A DNA stretch of 63,652 bases, counting the filler, from Octopus bimaculoides (lineage: Eukaryota): NCBI RefSeq assembly GCF_001194135.2. It is 8 parts of 7 records of this genome, joined end to end, with 100 filler letters (N's around TTAATTAATTAA, not from the genome) between each part and the next. Parts side by side here need not be neighbours in the genome. Positions count along the whole stretch, not along the records: positions 45,761 to 52,289 come from NC_068992.1; positions 52,390 to 60,080 come from NC_068982.1; positions 60,181 to 62,403 come from NC_068994.1; positions 62,504 to 63,652 come from NW_026405661.1; 4 more parts are not named here. One strand, given 5' to 3'. The notes under the pieces are model-generated. The model was given only the letters and a program-made list of their open reading frames with translations, had not been told where the DNA came from and did not search any database. Numbering within the stretch: position 1 is the stretch's first letter; each line of letters opens with the position of its first letter. This document shows, in pieces, positions 50,461 through 62,556 of this stretch. A program made the position numbers and the translations under genes.

Positions 50461-51584
50461 ACAGGAAGAATAGTTACTACACAAAAAGAGTTTCTTTACT
50501 AGCAAATAATTTGAACTACATATTTCAGTTAACAAAAAAATTATGTCGACTTTTGGATTATTTTCGGTAAAAACTGTATTTCTTTCTACAAATTTTTGCC
50601 TTCTGTAAATGTATTCCCTTCTCTCTCTCTATATATATTTCTCCTTTCAATAAATCTATTTATTTCTTCTATAAATGTATTTCTTTTTTCGATAAACGTT
50701 TTTCTCTTCTGTAAATATACGACTCTCTTCTGAATCAATTTCTCTCTCCTGAAATAACATTCTACTATCTTAAAAAAATAAAAATAAAACAGCGACACAT
50801 TGAACAGAGTAGTCCAAAATACACTAAAGAAAAACGAAATGGCCATAACTGGAACATCTCATTAAGGCTTGACCTTACTCTAAACAACAGTTTAATTAAA
50901 CTCGATGTGGTCAAACAGGAACCAAACACTATATACTGTTTTTACCGGGAAGAAAAAACTCATCTTTTTTTTTCACGCTCGAAAACAAAGTCTACGTTTT
51001 CTTAAGAAAGTTATAACAATATAATATTGGACATAACATGGGAAAGAAATTCCTTTGAAAGGGAAACCAATTATCTCAGCGCAAAATGAAAGGAAATGAA
51101 ATACCATAGAAACAAATATTATCGTTTTATCTTTATATTTGACATCATTGTTATTTTGGTGAAACCAGAGAAATATCACAATATTGCCATATAAGAGAAA
51201 TAAAGAAAGATATTGAAGTCAATTTACTTCAAGGGAATTTACTTAGAAAAAAATCTACAGAATATATACATACATATGTGTATGTGTGTGTGTGTGTACA
51301 GATGCATACCACATACACACTCATTTATAGAAGTTAGCGGATATTAGAATAGCAAAAAGGATATCGATGAAAAATACTAGCTCCATAATCACTGCAAGCA
51401 ACATTTCCACAGATATTGCAAGTGTAACAAAGATGTAAAATATAGATAAAAGAAAAAGGAATATAAATAATGATGCTGCTGCAATACGAGATGAAGCGCA
51501 ATAAGAATCGAAACAAGCAGATGACCTCGACTGAAACCATACACGACGCGAGAAATGCAGGGTTGCCGAGAAGGAAAATTTCAT

Positions 51585-51800
51585 CCTTTTCTTTGTTTCA
51601 GTTATTTGGCTGCGACCATGCTGGATCACCGCCCTTCAAGAATCTTAGTCGAACTAATTGAACCCAGGCTTATTTGTTAAGCCTGGTTCTCATTCTATCA
51701 GTCTGTTTTGCCCAACCGCTGGATTATGGGTAGGTAAACACACCCACAACGTTTGTCAAGATGCGGTGGGGACAAACACAAACACAATGATACACACACA
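51585..51800 (-). mobile_element. SINE family A, 3' half, diverged
   Basis: tttcagttatttggctgcgaccatgctgga...ttgtcaagatgcggtggggacaaacaca. Confidence 0.75.
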
Positions 51801-51826
51801 TCTATCTATTCATTTCCTCCTCCTCT

Positions 51827-51861
<35 letters not shown>

Positions 51862-52389
51862 AGTTTTGTTAGAAATGGGAAAGGAATAACAATGCAATCA
51901 AAACTAATATAAAATTTGAAACACATGGATCCGTTTCACTGGTCGTTTTAAATAACGGTCTTGGGTGCGCAATGAACAAAACAAATGAATTTAATATAGA
52001 TTCATCGTATTTTATAAAAAAAATCGAAGAAAACCTTAAATAGAAAAATGGGTTCAAAATACATATTGTAAATAATTAATTATATTCGAATTAACACATT
52101 CAAATCAAATAAAATATACGCTGCATTAAAAATTAAAAATAAAATGACAACAGTATAGACGCATACTAGACCATCTACAACATATATGTATACATCAAAA
52201 TACACAAATACATACGTATATTGTCTGTACGTATGCATCTGTGTATTTTGATGTATATATATATATATATAGGTATATATTTACAAATANNNNNNNNNNN
52301 NNNNNNNNNNNNNNNNNNNNNNNNNNNNNNNNNTTAATTAATTAANNNNNNNNNNNNNNNNNNNNNNNNNNNNNNNNNNNNNNNNNNNN

Positions 52390-52830
52390 GGCACATAAAA
52401 GACACCATTTCGAGCGTGGCCGTTTTCGTGCGGGTGACACGTAAAAGCACCCACTACACTCTCTGAGTGGTTGGCGTTAGGAAGGGCATCCAGCTGTAGA
52501 AACTCTGCCAAATCAGACTGGAGCCTGGTGTTGCCATCCGGTTTCACCAGTCCTCAGTCAAATCGTCCAACCCATGCTAGCATGGAAAGCGGACGTTAAA
52601 CGATGATGATGATGATCATCATCATCATCATCATCCTCATTTAACATCTGTTTTACATGCTGGCATGAGTTGGACAGGTTGACAGGAGCTGACAATTTGG
52701 AGAGATGCACCAGCTTCCAATTGTCTGTTTTGACATGCTTTCACCCTTTGGATGTCCTTCCTAATGCCAACCACTTTATGGACTGTACTGAATACTTTTT
52801 ATGTGGCACCAGATCCAGCACCAGTGGAAT
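52390..52830. mobile_element. Two RTE 3'-UTR fragments joined tail to tail at (GAT)n(CAT)n
   Basis: 52390-52618 is plus strand and CpG-intact; 52619-52830 is minus strand and CpG-decayed. Confidence 0.85.
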
Positions 52831-53174
52831 CACCAAGTAACTTGCAAAACAAAGAACTGTCGATTAGGAGAGGAAGTGGAACCAAAAGAAGTAGCTACGT
52901 GCCAAGTAAGAGGTTAGAGTATGATAGAGAAACAGAGATAGCTGTCTTACTATACGGGAGACATTTAGCCACCCCAGTAAGACAATGAACCATTTTCTGC
53001 CTGTGGACCCTTTGATTCCAGTTTCACTCAACTGGATCTCCATAGCCATTTGAAGTTTTAAAATGATCCCATTATACTTTAATAATTAAATATTACTGGG
53101 AATTGTATTAAAAAAATTATTAAAATATCTTGTCTATTGTAGAAGTATAACTCATTTGTTGCACATAATTTTTA

Positions 53175-53232
53175 ACAACAAAACTTTATATGGACCTCTA
53201 AAGGCCATGTGGACCCTAGTTGAGAACCACTG
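53175..53232 (+). mobile_element. hAT-type right terminus
   Basis: atggacctctaaaggccatgtggaccctagttgagaaccactg. Confidence 0.5.
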
Positions 53233-53519
53233 AAAGGACCGTATTCAAATGCAAACTTACTTGCCCTTTCTAAATCCAAATTGTGTGAAACAACACTATA
53301 GTTCAAATTAGAAAATAAATTATATTTTAGTTGTGTCCCAACCACCCTTAAATAAATGTGGAATAACCATGTATCAAGACAACTCTGCTCATGCCTGGGT
53401 ATAAAATCTCCTCCCACCCTCTCAAATACTCTCCCCACCACTCGGTCAAGGGAGCTTTCCCTTTCTTTCCTTTTACCCTTTCCTTGTTCTTTCCTGTCCT
53501 GTGGTTTATTTGGCAACCC

Positions 53520-53760
53520 CACTAGTGCTGGCAGCATGGAAAAGCACCCAGTGCACACTGTAAAGTGGTTGGCATTAGGAAGGGCATCTAGTCATAGAAG
53601 CCATACCAAAGCTGACATAAAGCACAATGCAGCCTTGTGGCTTGCTGACTCCTGCCAAACCATTCATCTCATGGAAGCATGGAAAGCAGACAACGATGAC
53701 AACGATGCTGTTGATGATGATCATGGTCATTGTGATCATGATGATGATGATCATCATCTT
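53520..53760 (+). mobile_element. RTE 3'-UTR fragment, diverged
   Basis: gtgctggcagcatggaaaagcaccc...gcatggaaagcagacaacgatgac. Confidence 0.75.
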
Positions 53761-54029
53761 CAGGAATTGCATACTTAATCATAAATGTGCATTTAGGAGT
53801 AAGTAAATAATTAGACATATATAACTAAGTATGGACAATGGCTAATAACAGCTATGCAGTTAATGGTATGTAATTCAAGACATATAATTTGGAGTTGGTC
53901 TGAGTTAGAGCTACATTATCATGATCTGTAAATAGGATTGTTATCTGCGTTAGGTAAATGCACAAGATGTGAAGATCCTGTAGACCAGAATAAAAAAAAA
54001 ATTTAAATAATGGTTTCATATTTTGGCTC

Positions 54030-54412
54030 AGGGTCAGCAATTTTAAGGGAGCAATAAGTCAATTACAGCAACCCAGTATTCAACTGGTATCTATTTTATT
54101 GACCCTGAAAGGATGAAATGTGGAATTTGAACTCAGAACATAAAGTGCTGGGAGAAATGATACTAAGCATTTTTATATATGCGTTATTTCTTTACTGTCC
54201 ACAAGGGGCTACACACAGAGGGGACAAACAAGGACAGACAAACAGATTAAGTTGATTATATTGACCCCAGTGCATAACTGGTACTTATTTAATTGACCCC
54301 AAAAGTATGAAAGGCAAAGTCGACCTCGGCGGAATTTGAACTCAGAACATATTGGCAGATGAAATACCACTAAGCATTTCGCCCGGAGTGCTAACGTTTC
54401 TGCCAGCTCGCC
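54030..54412 (-). mobile_element. Two SINE family B copies, CpG-decayed
   Basis: B core with tcga>ttga and gcgt>gcat changes relative to 37640-37730. Confidence 0.85.
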
Positions 54413-54419
54413 GCATTTT

Positions 54420-54690
54420 TATATGTGTGTGTGTGTGTGTGTATGTGTGTGTGTGTGTGTGTGTGTTCATGTGTGTGTATCTTTTTGTCTTTGTTTGTCC
54501 CCCACTACCACTCAACAACTGGTGTTGGTATGTTTACATCCCCTGAAACTTAGCAGTTCTGTTAAAGAGACCGAGAGAATATGTACCATGCTTAAAAAAT
54601 AGAAATAAATACTGGGCTTAATTCATTTGACTAATTCAAAGTGATGCCCCAGTATGGCCATGGTCTAATGACTGAAACAAGTATCAGATC
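54420..54690 (+). mobile_element. SINE family A, 3' half, CpG-decayed
   Basis: tttacatcccctgaaacttagcag...ccagtatggccatggtctaatgactgaaacaag. Confidence 0.8.
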
Positions 54691-54864
54691 AATAATGAAT
54701 TTCTGTTGTTGTTTGCACAATATTTTAACAATCTCAGAAAATTTAATCATCACCAGCTAAACTATTGATACAATATTGTACGCAATACATTAAAAGCTTG
54801 AACTCTTAGCTGTATTCAGACAAACAGTTATAAGAAATGAAGCTAGTATGTTTTGCTGGATGTG

Positions 54865-55680
54865 TAATGTCAGTGTGCATGTGTGACAGGGTGTAAGCAT
54901 CCTGAGAGAAAATTTGGGTATAAGAGGCATCAGATTTAGTGTGCAAGAGAGACAACTGCACTGGTATGGTCATGTGATGCGTATGGATGAGGACAACTGT
55001 GCGAAGAAGTGTAGCAGTCTAACTGTAGAGGGGGCCTGTGGAAGAAGTAGACCTAGGAAGACATGGGATGAGGTGGTGAAGCACAATCTTTGAATGTTGG
55101 GCCTCACAGAGGCAATGACGAGTGATCGAGATCTTTGGTAATATACCATGCTTAAGAAGACCTGTCAAGCGAAGTGAAGTTGTCATCATGGCTGATGTCA
55201 GTGTCATGTAACTGGCCCGTTAAAAGCACCTTTCAAATGTTGGGTGATATGTTGTGCTTGGTAAGACCTGTCAAGCTGAGTGAAATTGTAGTTGTGGCTG
55301 ATGTTAGTGCCATCTGACTGGCACCCATGCTGGTGGCACATAAAAAGTACTGTTCGGGTGTTGGGCCTCACAGGGGCATTGACAGGTGACCGAGACCTTT
55401 GGTGATATACTGTGCATGTGTAGACCTGTCAAGCCAAGTGAGATCATAGTTGTAGCCGATGCCGGTGTCAGGTCAATGGCACCCATGCTGGTGGCACATA
55501 AAAAACACCCACTGCACTCTCAGAGTTGTTGGTATTAGGAAGGACATCTAACTTTGCCAAATCAGATTGGAACCTGGTGCAGCTCCCCAGCTTACCAGTT
55601 TTCAATCAAACCATCCAACCCATACCAGCATGGAAAGCGGATGTTAAACACTGATGATGATGATGATGATGATGATGAGT
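54865..55680 (+). mobile_element. RTE-clade LINE, 5'-truncated: ORF end, repeated 3' UTR, (GAT)n tail
   Basis: LREKLGIRGIRFSVQERQLHWYGHVMRMDEDNCAKKC...GRSRPRKTWDEVVK matches the RTE RW.GHV.RM...GRPRKTW motif. Confidence 0.85.
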
Positions 55681-55929
55681 TATAACAAAATGAAATGGGT
55701 ACTAACTGTAGGGCTAATCTAGGGTGTTGAATACTCTGCTACAGTCCCTATCTGTAAGTAGGATCAGACTATGTAATTCCTTGTGTGTCACATGGTAAAC
55801 AATAGGAGGTCAGCAGTTTAATGAAAATGTCAGTCTTAATAGCTATTTGGTAATTATGACACATCTTCTAGAGGTAGAGATAATATTAATAAGTCAAGAA
55901 TTTATGTTGTATGCTATTTAATATAGTGA

Positions 55930-56272
55930 AGGTGCATCATTCAGTGGTTTGAGCGTTAAGCTTACAATCATGAGGTAGTGAGTTTGATTCCCAGATCGGG
56001 CTCTGTGCTGTGTTCTTGAGCAAGACACTTTATTTCACATTGCTCCAGTTCACTCATCTGTAGAAATAAGTTGCGACGTCACTGGTGCCAAGCTGTATCA
56101 GCCTTTGCCTTTCCCTTGGATAACATTGGTGGCATGGAGAGGGGAGGCTGGTATGCATGGGCGACTGCTGGTCTTCCAAAAAAAACAACTTTGCCTGGAC
56201 TCGTGCCTCAGAGGGGAACTTTGTAGGTGCAATCCCATAATTATCTATGACTGAAAGGGGTCTTTACCCTTT
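55930..56272 (+). mobile_element. SINE family D, full length, CpG-decayed
   Basis: Colinear with 26330-26605; ends gaaggggtctttaccctttt. Confidence 0.85.
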
Positions 56273-56981
56273 TTTATTTAATATAATTGTATCTGTATAT
56301 ATTGTTCAAATGAAAGTCACTGGCCAGTCTGAGTTATTTTTCTTAGCTCATTTTTGTTTAAATTATGCAAATTACCTCAGCCATAAGTGTGTTCAACACT
56401 TTTTGTAGAAGTCTAAATCCCTTGGCTACTAGAGATAAAGTTGGACAATTGTGTTGATGATGGCTATTGAGCCAGGAACATGTCTACGACTGTCCTCTTA
56501 TCTCTAGACAATAAACCTGTTCTTAATCTTAATGTCATGTCAACATTGGAAAATTCTTAAGTCTTGAGATTATCTCTCCTTCTCATGTAGAGCTGGTCTT
56601 AATTGCTGTTTTTCTAATTATGATGCATCCTCTAGAAGCAGCAATAATTTCAATAAATCAAGAATTTACAAAGTATGGTATTTTATATAATTGTATTTGT
56701 GTATGCCATTCAAATATATGCCACTGGCAACTCTGAGTTACTTCTCACGGGACACAGTTTTTGTATAGTCTGGTGGTTGTATAGTCAAATCCTCGGGGCA
56801 GCAATTAAACTTTCCCCTGACATAAACAGCATGTTTAAATTATAGAAAATTAGGTTATCTTATGCTCAATGAGTAAAACAACACACCAAATGAACATCTC
56901 ATTAATAAAATATGATTAAAACCATTTGGGTTCAATGAAAATATTAAAGGGATAGTACTATGAAATTTAGGGGGACTTAGA

Positions 56982-57110
56982 TCAGTGCTTCTCAAACTAT
57001 CTGATGTGGCATACCGACAGTTTTTTTGTTTTTTTTGCTAATGTCCCCAGTCAACCGTCCAACCCATGCCAGCATGGAAAGTGGACGTTAAACGATGATG
57101 ATGATGATAA
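56982..57110 (+). mobile_element. hAT-type left terminus followed by a short RTE tail
   Basis: cagtgcttctcaaact; then ccgtccaacccatgccagcatggaaagtggacgttaaacgatgatg. Confidence 0.55.
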
Positions 57111-57222
57111 TAATAGTCGATGATTTTTTTTTATCTTATATTTATTTTGTAAACAAATAATATAATATATGTGTATTCTATAACAAAGTTGAGAATATTC
57201 TGCACAATGAACTTGGCATTAT

Positions 57223-57800
57223 CAAAGTGATGAGGCCAACACTCACCCTGGGTTAGGAAATGTTCAAGGAAACCAGCTGGATCCACCTCAAATAATTTTC
57301 AGGTATCAGAAGATGTGGCACCCACCAAGCATCAAACCTTCATAATGCCAAGTTCATTGTGCAGAATATTCTCAACTTTCTCATAGAATACACTTATAGC
57401 ATTGACTATTTGATTTATAATCAATCACCTCTCATACATCACACGTAGTGAACATGATCAATGCTTTCCTCAGTGATGGCAATTTCAGAATGTCCAGACC
57501 TTGGGTCATCTTCAAGTCTCTTCCTTGCCCTTTTGAATTTAGCAACCCACTTTTGCACTGGTGATAAAGTTGGTGCATCATCCTCTAATGAAGCAACCAT
57601 GTCAGCATGAATATCCTTGTGGGGTTAAACCCTTTTTCTGCTGGTACTTAATAACACCACAATGCTAAATTTTGTCCATTTTCAAGAGAAGTATTTACTA
57701 GTTACTTTTGAAGTCTCCTTCGAAGCATTAGTTGTCAGTTTACTGGGAAAAAGACAATGGAGTTATTAATAAGAAAAGTTGAAATTAATGAATGCAAGAT
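57223..57800 (-). pseudogene. Mariner transposase N-terminal half, decayed
   Basis: From ATG 57679: MDKI*HCGVIKY.QKKGLTPQ.IHADMVA.L.DDAP.LS.VQKW...F.R....LEDDPRSG; later EKVENILHNELG and FLTQ.ECW.HHF. Confidence 0.8.
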
Positions 57801-58326
57801 TTCATAGCTCTAGCATCACTCCTTCATAGTCAGCCTATGAACTTTTCAGCCCATTCTCATGTGTATGTATGTATGTATGTATGTATGTATGTATGTATAT
57901 GTATGCATGTATGTATGCATGTATGTATGTATGTGTGAATGTATGTATGCATGCATACATATATAGAGAGAGACATAGATGAATGTATATGTATGCATGT
58001 ATATATATTTATATATATTATATATTAAATGTACACACATACATACTTACATACATGCATAGAGTCAGACAGACAGACAGACAGACAGATAGATAGAAAG
58101 ATAGATAGATAGATGGATAGATAAATAGGAGAGAGAGGAAGAGAGAGAGAGATTTAATGTAATATATAATAGATATAAAATATATAATATATAATGATAT
58201 GCACATAGAAGCAATCATCTAGATAGCCATTTGTATAGTCACACACACAGACACACACACACACACATGGATATGTATGTGTGTTATACATAGGAACACT
58301 CGTACAAGCACACAAAGACAGTAAGT

Positions 58327-58365
<39 letters not shown>

Positions 58366-59794
58366 AGAAAATTGCATAGTGTTACAATACACAGATGCTG
58401 TCTTTACAATGAATCATAAAACATGTCTGCAACACAAAATGCTGCTTAGCTGGCGAGAAAACACTCAACAGGAAATAGTGAGTCAGCAAAATATTGGACA
58501 CAAGGGAAGGCTGCTAGAGATAAGAGCAATTTATCTAGATAGATGGTATTGGAGAATACACACCAATTATCATCTGAACAATAACTTTGTATCTTTGGAC
58601 ACAGTCTATCTGGATAGACAATAGCTGGTACTTCTATTGGTACTGCTGTTGATATAAGTTTGATTAGGTTTTCTATAGTTATCTTGAAGTAACTGTTATT
58701 TAAATCACCTTTAAAATCTTGTTATTTATTTCTCCTTTAAGAGTATTATTATTGTTGTTGTTATTGTTCAGACCTTGTTATAGCTGAATAAAATCATTTT
58801 AGATTGATTGAAGGAAATGTGGAAATTTAGACATTAACTTCAGACTTCTTGGGTAGGTGCTAATTCTTTTTATAACATATATTGTAATTATTTATTTCAC
58901 CAACTTTGGTAAGCTATCAGCTCAACTTTGGTAAGCTATCAGCTCAGAGGTACAGGATCTCAAACCTAAAGCTATTTACTCTTTAACATTTCAGCAAGCA
59001 GTTTACTCTGTCCAATGCTTAATTATTCACATTATTTAAAATTAATAATGCATTATCTTGTTGCTTCTGGTCAGTTTCAGCATAAAACAACTGAAATATT
59101 TGTACCTGAGATGACAAGTTTAAAATGTCAAAGGATTAAGCCCCGAATACAAGATATCACATGTAAGAAATAAGGGGAGGGAAGGATTAGAAGAAGCGCT
59201 TCATGCTGGGCAATGCTTTTATGACAGCAAAACTTCTGGGTTTGCTGAATAAGATTGTATAGGCTTGAGAACTCCCAAGGGAAGGTGCGAATTCAAGGGC
59301 TGCCCCGGAGCACATGTTACCTATGTCATTCATCTCATGTCAACTAAAAGTGCAAAATGTCTTGGAGTTCAATACTAGAAATACAGATATTGTACTTGAG
59401 AATAATAAACTCTGCATACATTTTTTATTTTTTATTTATAGCCAGCTAACCATATCAATAGTTATATTCTGTCAATGAAAATCTTTTTTCTGCAATTAAT
59501 AAATGTTTCAGAGAATTCTAAAGTAGCTATGTCATTACGCACACAAAAAAAAACCTGTAACTACTTAAATGGTCACAAACGTAGCTGCATGATTAATAAT
59601 TCAGTTTGTAATTATGTGGTTTTTGGGTTTAATCCTGTGTAAAGTTTTCTCTGGCCTGCACTTTGCAGTGTTTAGTCATTGTAAAACAGCAGTACATTTT
59701 CAGTTGCCATCTTAAATAGTTGATATGTGTAAACAGAAGGGAGATAAGTCACACATCAATAGCTCCTACTGTGCAGCACTTTAAGCAAGTGTCT

Positions 59795-60016
59795 CGCATT
59801 CATTTATTCTTTATTTGTTTCTGCCATTTGACTGCGGCCATGCTGGAGCACTGCCTTTAGTCAAACAAGTTGACCCCCAGGACTTATTCTTTGTAAGCCT
59901 AGTACTTATCCTGTCAGTCTTTTTTGTCAAACCACTAAGTTACAGGAATGTAAACACAGCAACATTGGTTGTCAAGCGATGGTGGGGGTGGGGGAATACA
60001 GATTCACAAACATACA

Positions 60017-60020
<4 letters not shown>
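59795..60020 (-). mobile_element. SINE family A, 3' half, CpG-decayed
   Basis: gtcaaaccactaagttacaggaatgtaaac versus gccgaaccgctaagttacggggacgtaaac in the copy at 4872. Confidence 0.85.
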
Positions 60021-60080
<60 letters not shown>

Positions 60081-60180
60081 NNNNNNNNNNNNNNNNNNNN
60101 NNNNNNNNNNNNNNNNNNNNNNNNTTAATTAATTAANNNNNNNNNNNNNNNNNNNNNNNNNNNNNNNNNNNNNNNNNNNN

Positions 60181-60221
<41 letters not shown>

Positions 60222-60539
60222 CACACAGCGAGTGAATGATGAAACTTGATTAAGTGTTGAAATGACAAGCATTAGATGACGTGTGCCTATGTAGTGTATA
60301 CGTATGTATGTATATACATATATATGTGTGTGTGTGTGTGTGTGTGTATTTATTTGTATGTATGTATGACACGTGTACAATACACTCAAAATGTACACCT
60401 ATATAATATAATATAATATATATAATATAATATAATATATAATATAATATAATATAATGTTTGTGTGTTTTGCATTAATTCGTGTAGTCTACTTAATACA
60501 AATGCAATTTGATATTTGCGACGAAAAAGACAAACTTAC

Positions 60540-60651
60540 CGAGCCATGTGTATATGTCTGTGTCTGAAGAGATCAGTGGAAGACAACGATTATGAGAAGA
60601 GGAAACGATTGGGGTACACGCAGCCGAATAATTAAGTCGTCTCCATGACAT
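60540..60651 (-). other. Candidate first exon of an unidentified minus-strand gene
   Basis: Consensus donor CG|GTAAGT (GT at 60539-38); open frames from ATG 60651 (phase 1) or ATG 60547 (phase 2); CpG-rich unique sequence upstream. Confidence 0.35.
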
Positions 60652-61011
60652 TAATTAGAGCAGAAACAACAACAATTGGAACAAGTCGGGACGACGTTAT
60701 TACACTGGAAGTATCTTCGTACTTTCACTCAGTGTATAAGGAGAGATAATTGTCAGTTTGTGACGTAAATGTGAAGCAATTATGACATCTATTGCCGAGA
60801 GGAGCTGTCACTGACAGCCAGCCTTTACCTCTACCATCGTCAGGTTTGAGTCAAAAATGGTGCGTATTGTCGTCGGCTGAACCGGTTCTAAGAATAGTAG
60901 TTCAACAGAATATTGTTAATCTGTTCTTATGCTTTTTAACATTCCCATTCTAGGTGTTCGTTTTCTGTCCGTCTAAAATCTAAAATATTATCAGATCGAT
61001 TTGATTGTCTA

Positions 61012-61420
61012 TATATATATATCTTATTTCAGTAGAGAATAATAGTTTATCAGAATAAAGTATATATGTATATATATCTTATTGCAGTAGAGAATAATAG
61101 TTTATCAGAATAAAGTATATATGTATATATATCTTAATTCAGTAGAGAATAATAGTTTATCAGAATAAAGTATATATGTATATATATAGATCGGAANNNN
61201 NNNNNNNNNNNNNNNNNNNNNNNNNNNNNNNNNNNNNNNNNNNNNNNNNNNNNNNNNNNNNNNNNNNNNNNNNNNNNNNNNNNNNNNNNNNNNNNNNNNN
61301 NNNNNNNNNNNNNNNNNNNNNNNNNNNNNNNNNNNNNNNNNNNNNNNNNNNNNNNNNNNNNNNNNNNNNNNNNNNNNNNNNNNNNNNNNNNNNNNNNNNN
61401 NNNNNNNNNNNNNNNNNNNN

Positions 61421-61451
<31 letters not shown>

Positions 61452-61490
61452 TATTTCAGTAGAGAATAACAGTTTATCAGAATAAAGTAG
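61012..61490. repeat. 55-bp minisatellite, at least 4 units spanning a gap
   Basis: agtagagaat at 61031, 61086, 61141 and again after the gap. Confidence 0.9.
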
Positions 61491-62228
61491 CAGTTTCGTA
61501 TTTGTTATTTTAGGACTGGAAGATATTTAGCCCCAGGCTGGCAGTGATCGAGTAGACTTATTAAAGACGTTCTAGTTATGATTAGCGCATCATTTATTCT
61601 GAAAGTTTAATCTAAGACTACATCGTCTAATGTGACCCGCAGTCATAAGTATGATTTGAGTAAGATATGACTGTTATTTCTAGCAGGTCGAACGAACACA
61701 TAGATGTATCCTCGTTGATTCGCGTAATATTCAAGTGTAGTGTAACTCTAATAGTTCTTTTTGTTTTATCTTCCTTGTTTCTTTTACGCATCCTCAAAAA
61801 TAAATAAATAAATAAAAACTTTTATACAAAGTTTTTAGTTGTTGTTCGTGTACTTATTGCCTTCTTTTTCTATTTTAATTCCATTCACATCCTGGAAACC
61901 TTTAGAGGGCTATATTAGCCCTTTCTGTGCGCCTTATGTCTAAGTTTAACTGCCAAGTTAGAGCGATCGTTCGACATGCTAAAAATAATAGCCAAATCTT
62001 TCTCAAACTGCTCTCTACTGTGTTAAATATGGTAAGGACACATTAGATGATAGGCATACCTCCACATGTATTCCCCCCCCCCCCACTGCCACTGATTTTA
62101 TTGCTTTATAACTTCCAGAAAAATGGATATTTTAAAAATGAAATGTTGAATAAATACGCTTCAGACGGTGTAGAATTCAATTATTTGTTGAATGAGAAAT
62201 TGTTGTGAAAAAAAAAAAAAAAATTTCA

Positions 62229-62404
62229 TGAGTGGCTGTGTGGTAAGTAGCTTGCTTACCAACCACATGGTTCTGGGTTCAGTCCCACTGCGTGGCATCT
62301 TGGGCAAGTGTCTTCTACTATAGCTTCGGGCCGACCAAAGCCTTGTGAGTGGATTTGGTAAACAGAAACTGAAAGAAGCCCGTCGTATATATGTATATAT
62401 ATAN
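62229..62404 (+). mobile_element. SINE family A, 5' half ending at a gap
   Basis: gagtggctgtgtggtaagtagc...gaaagaagcccgtcgtatatatg. Confidence 0.9.
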
Positions 62405-62556
62405 NNNNNNNNNNNNNNNNNNNNNNNNNNNNNNNNNNNNNNNNNNNTTAATTAATTAANNNNNNNNNNNNNNNNNNNNNNNNNNNNNNNNNNNNNNNNN
62501 NNNGCATCAATAAATTAACATTGATATTTTTTTCACCGTTGTTTCAATCATCTGAT

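Noticed and set aside
58370-58624. ORF ...KGRLLEIRAIYL...LNNNFVSLDTVY faintly like a Penelope GIY-YIG C-terminus
   Set aside because: No GIY/YIG motif is visible; the similarity is too weak to call without a profile search.
61012-61196. Regularly spaced repeats as a CRISPR array
   Set aside because: Units are contiguous with no unique spacers, there are no cas genes, and the context is eukaryotic.
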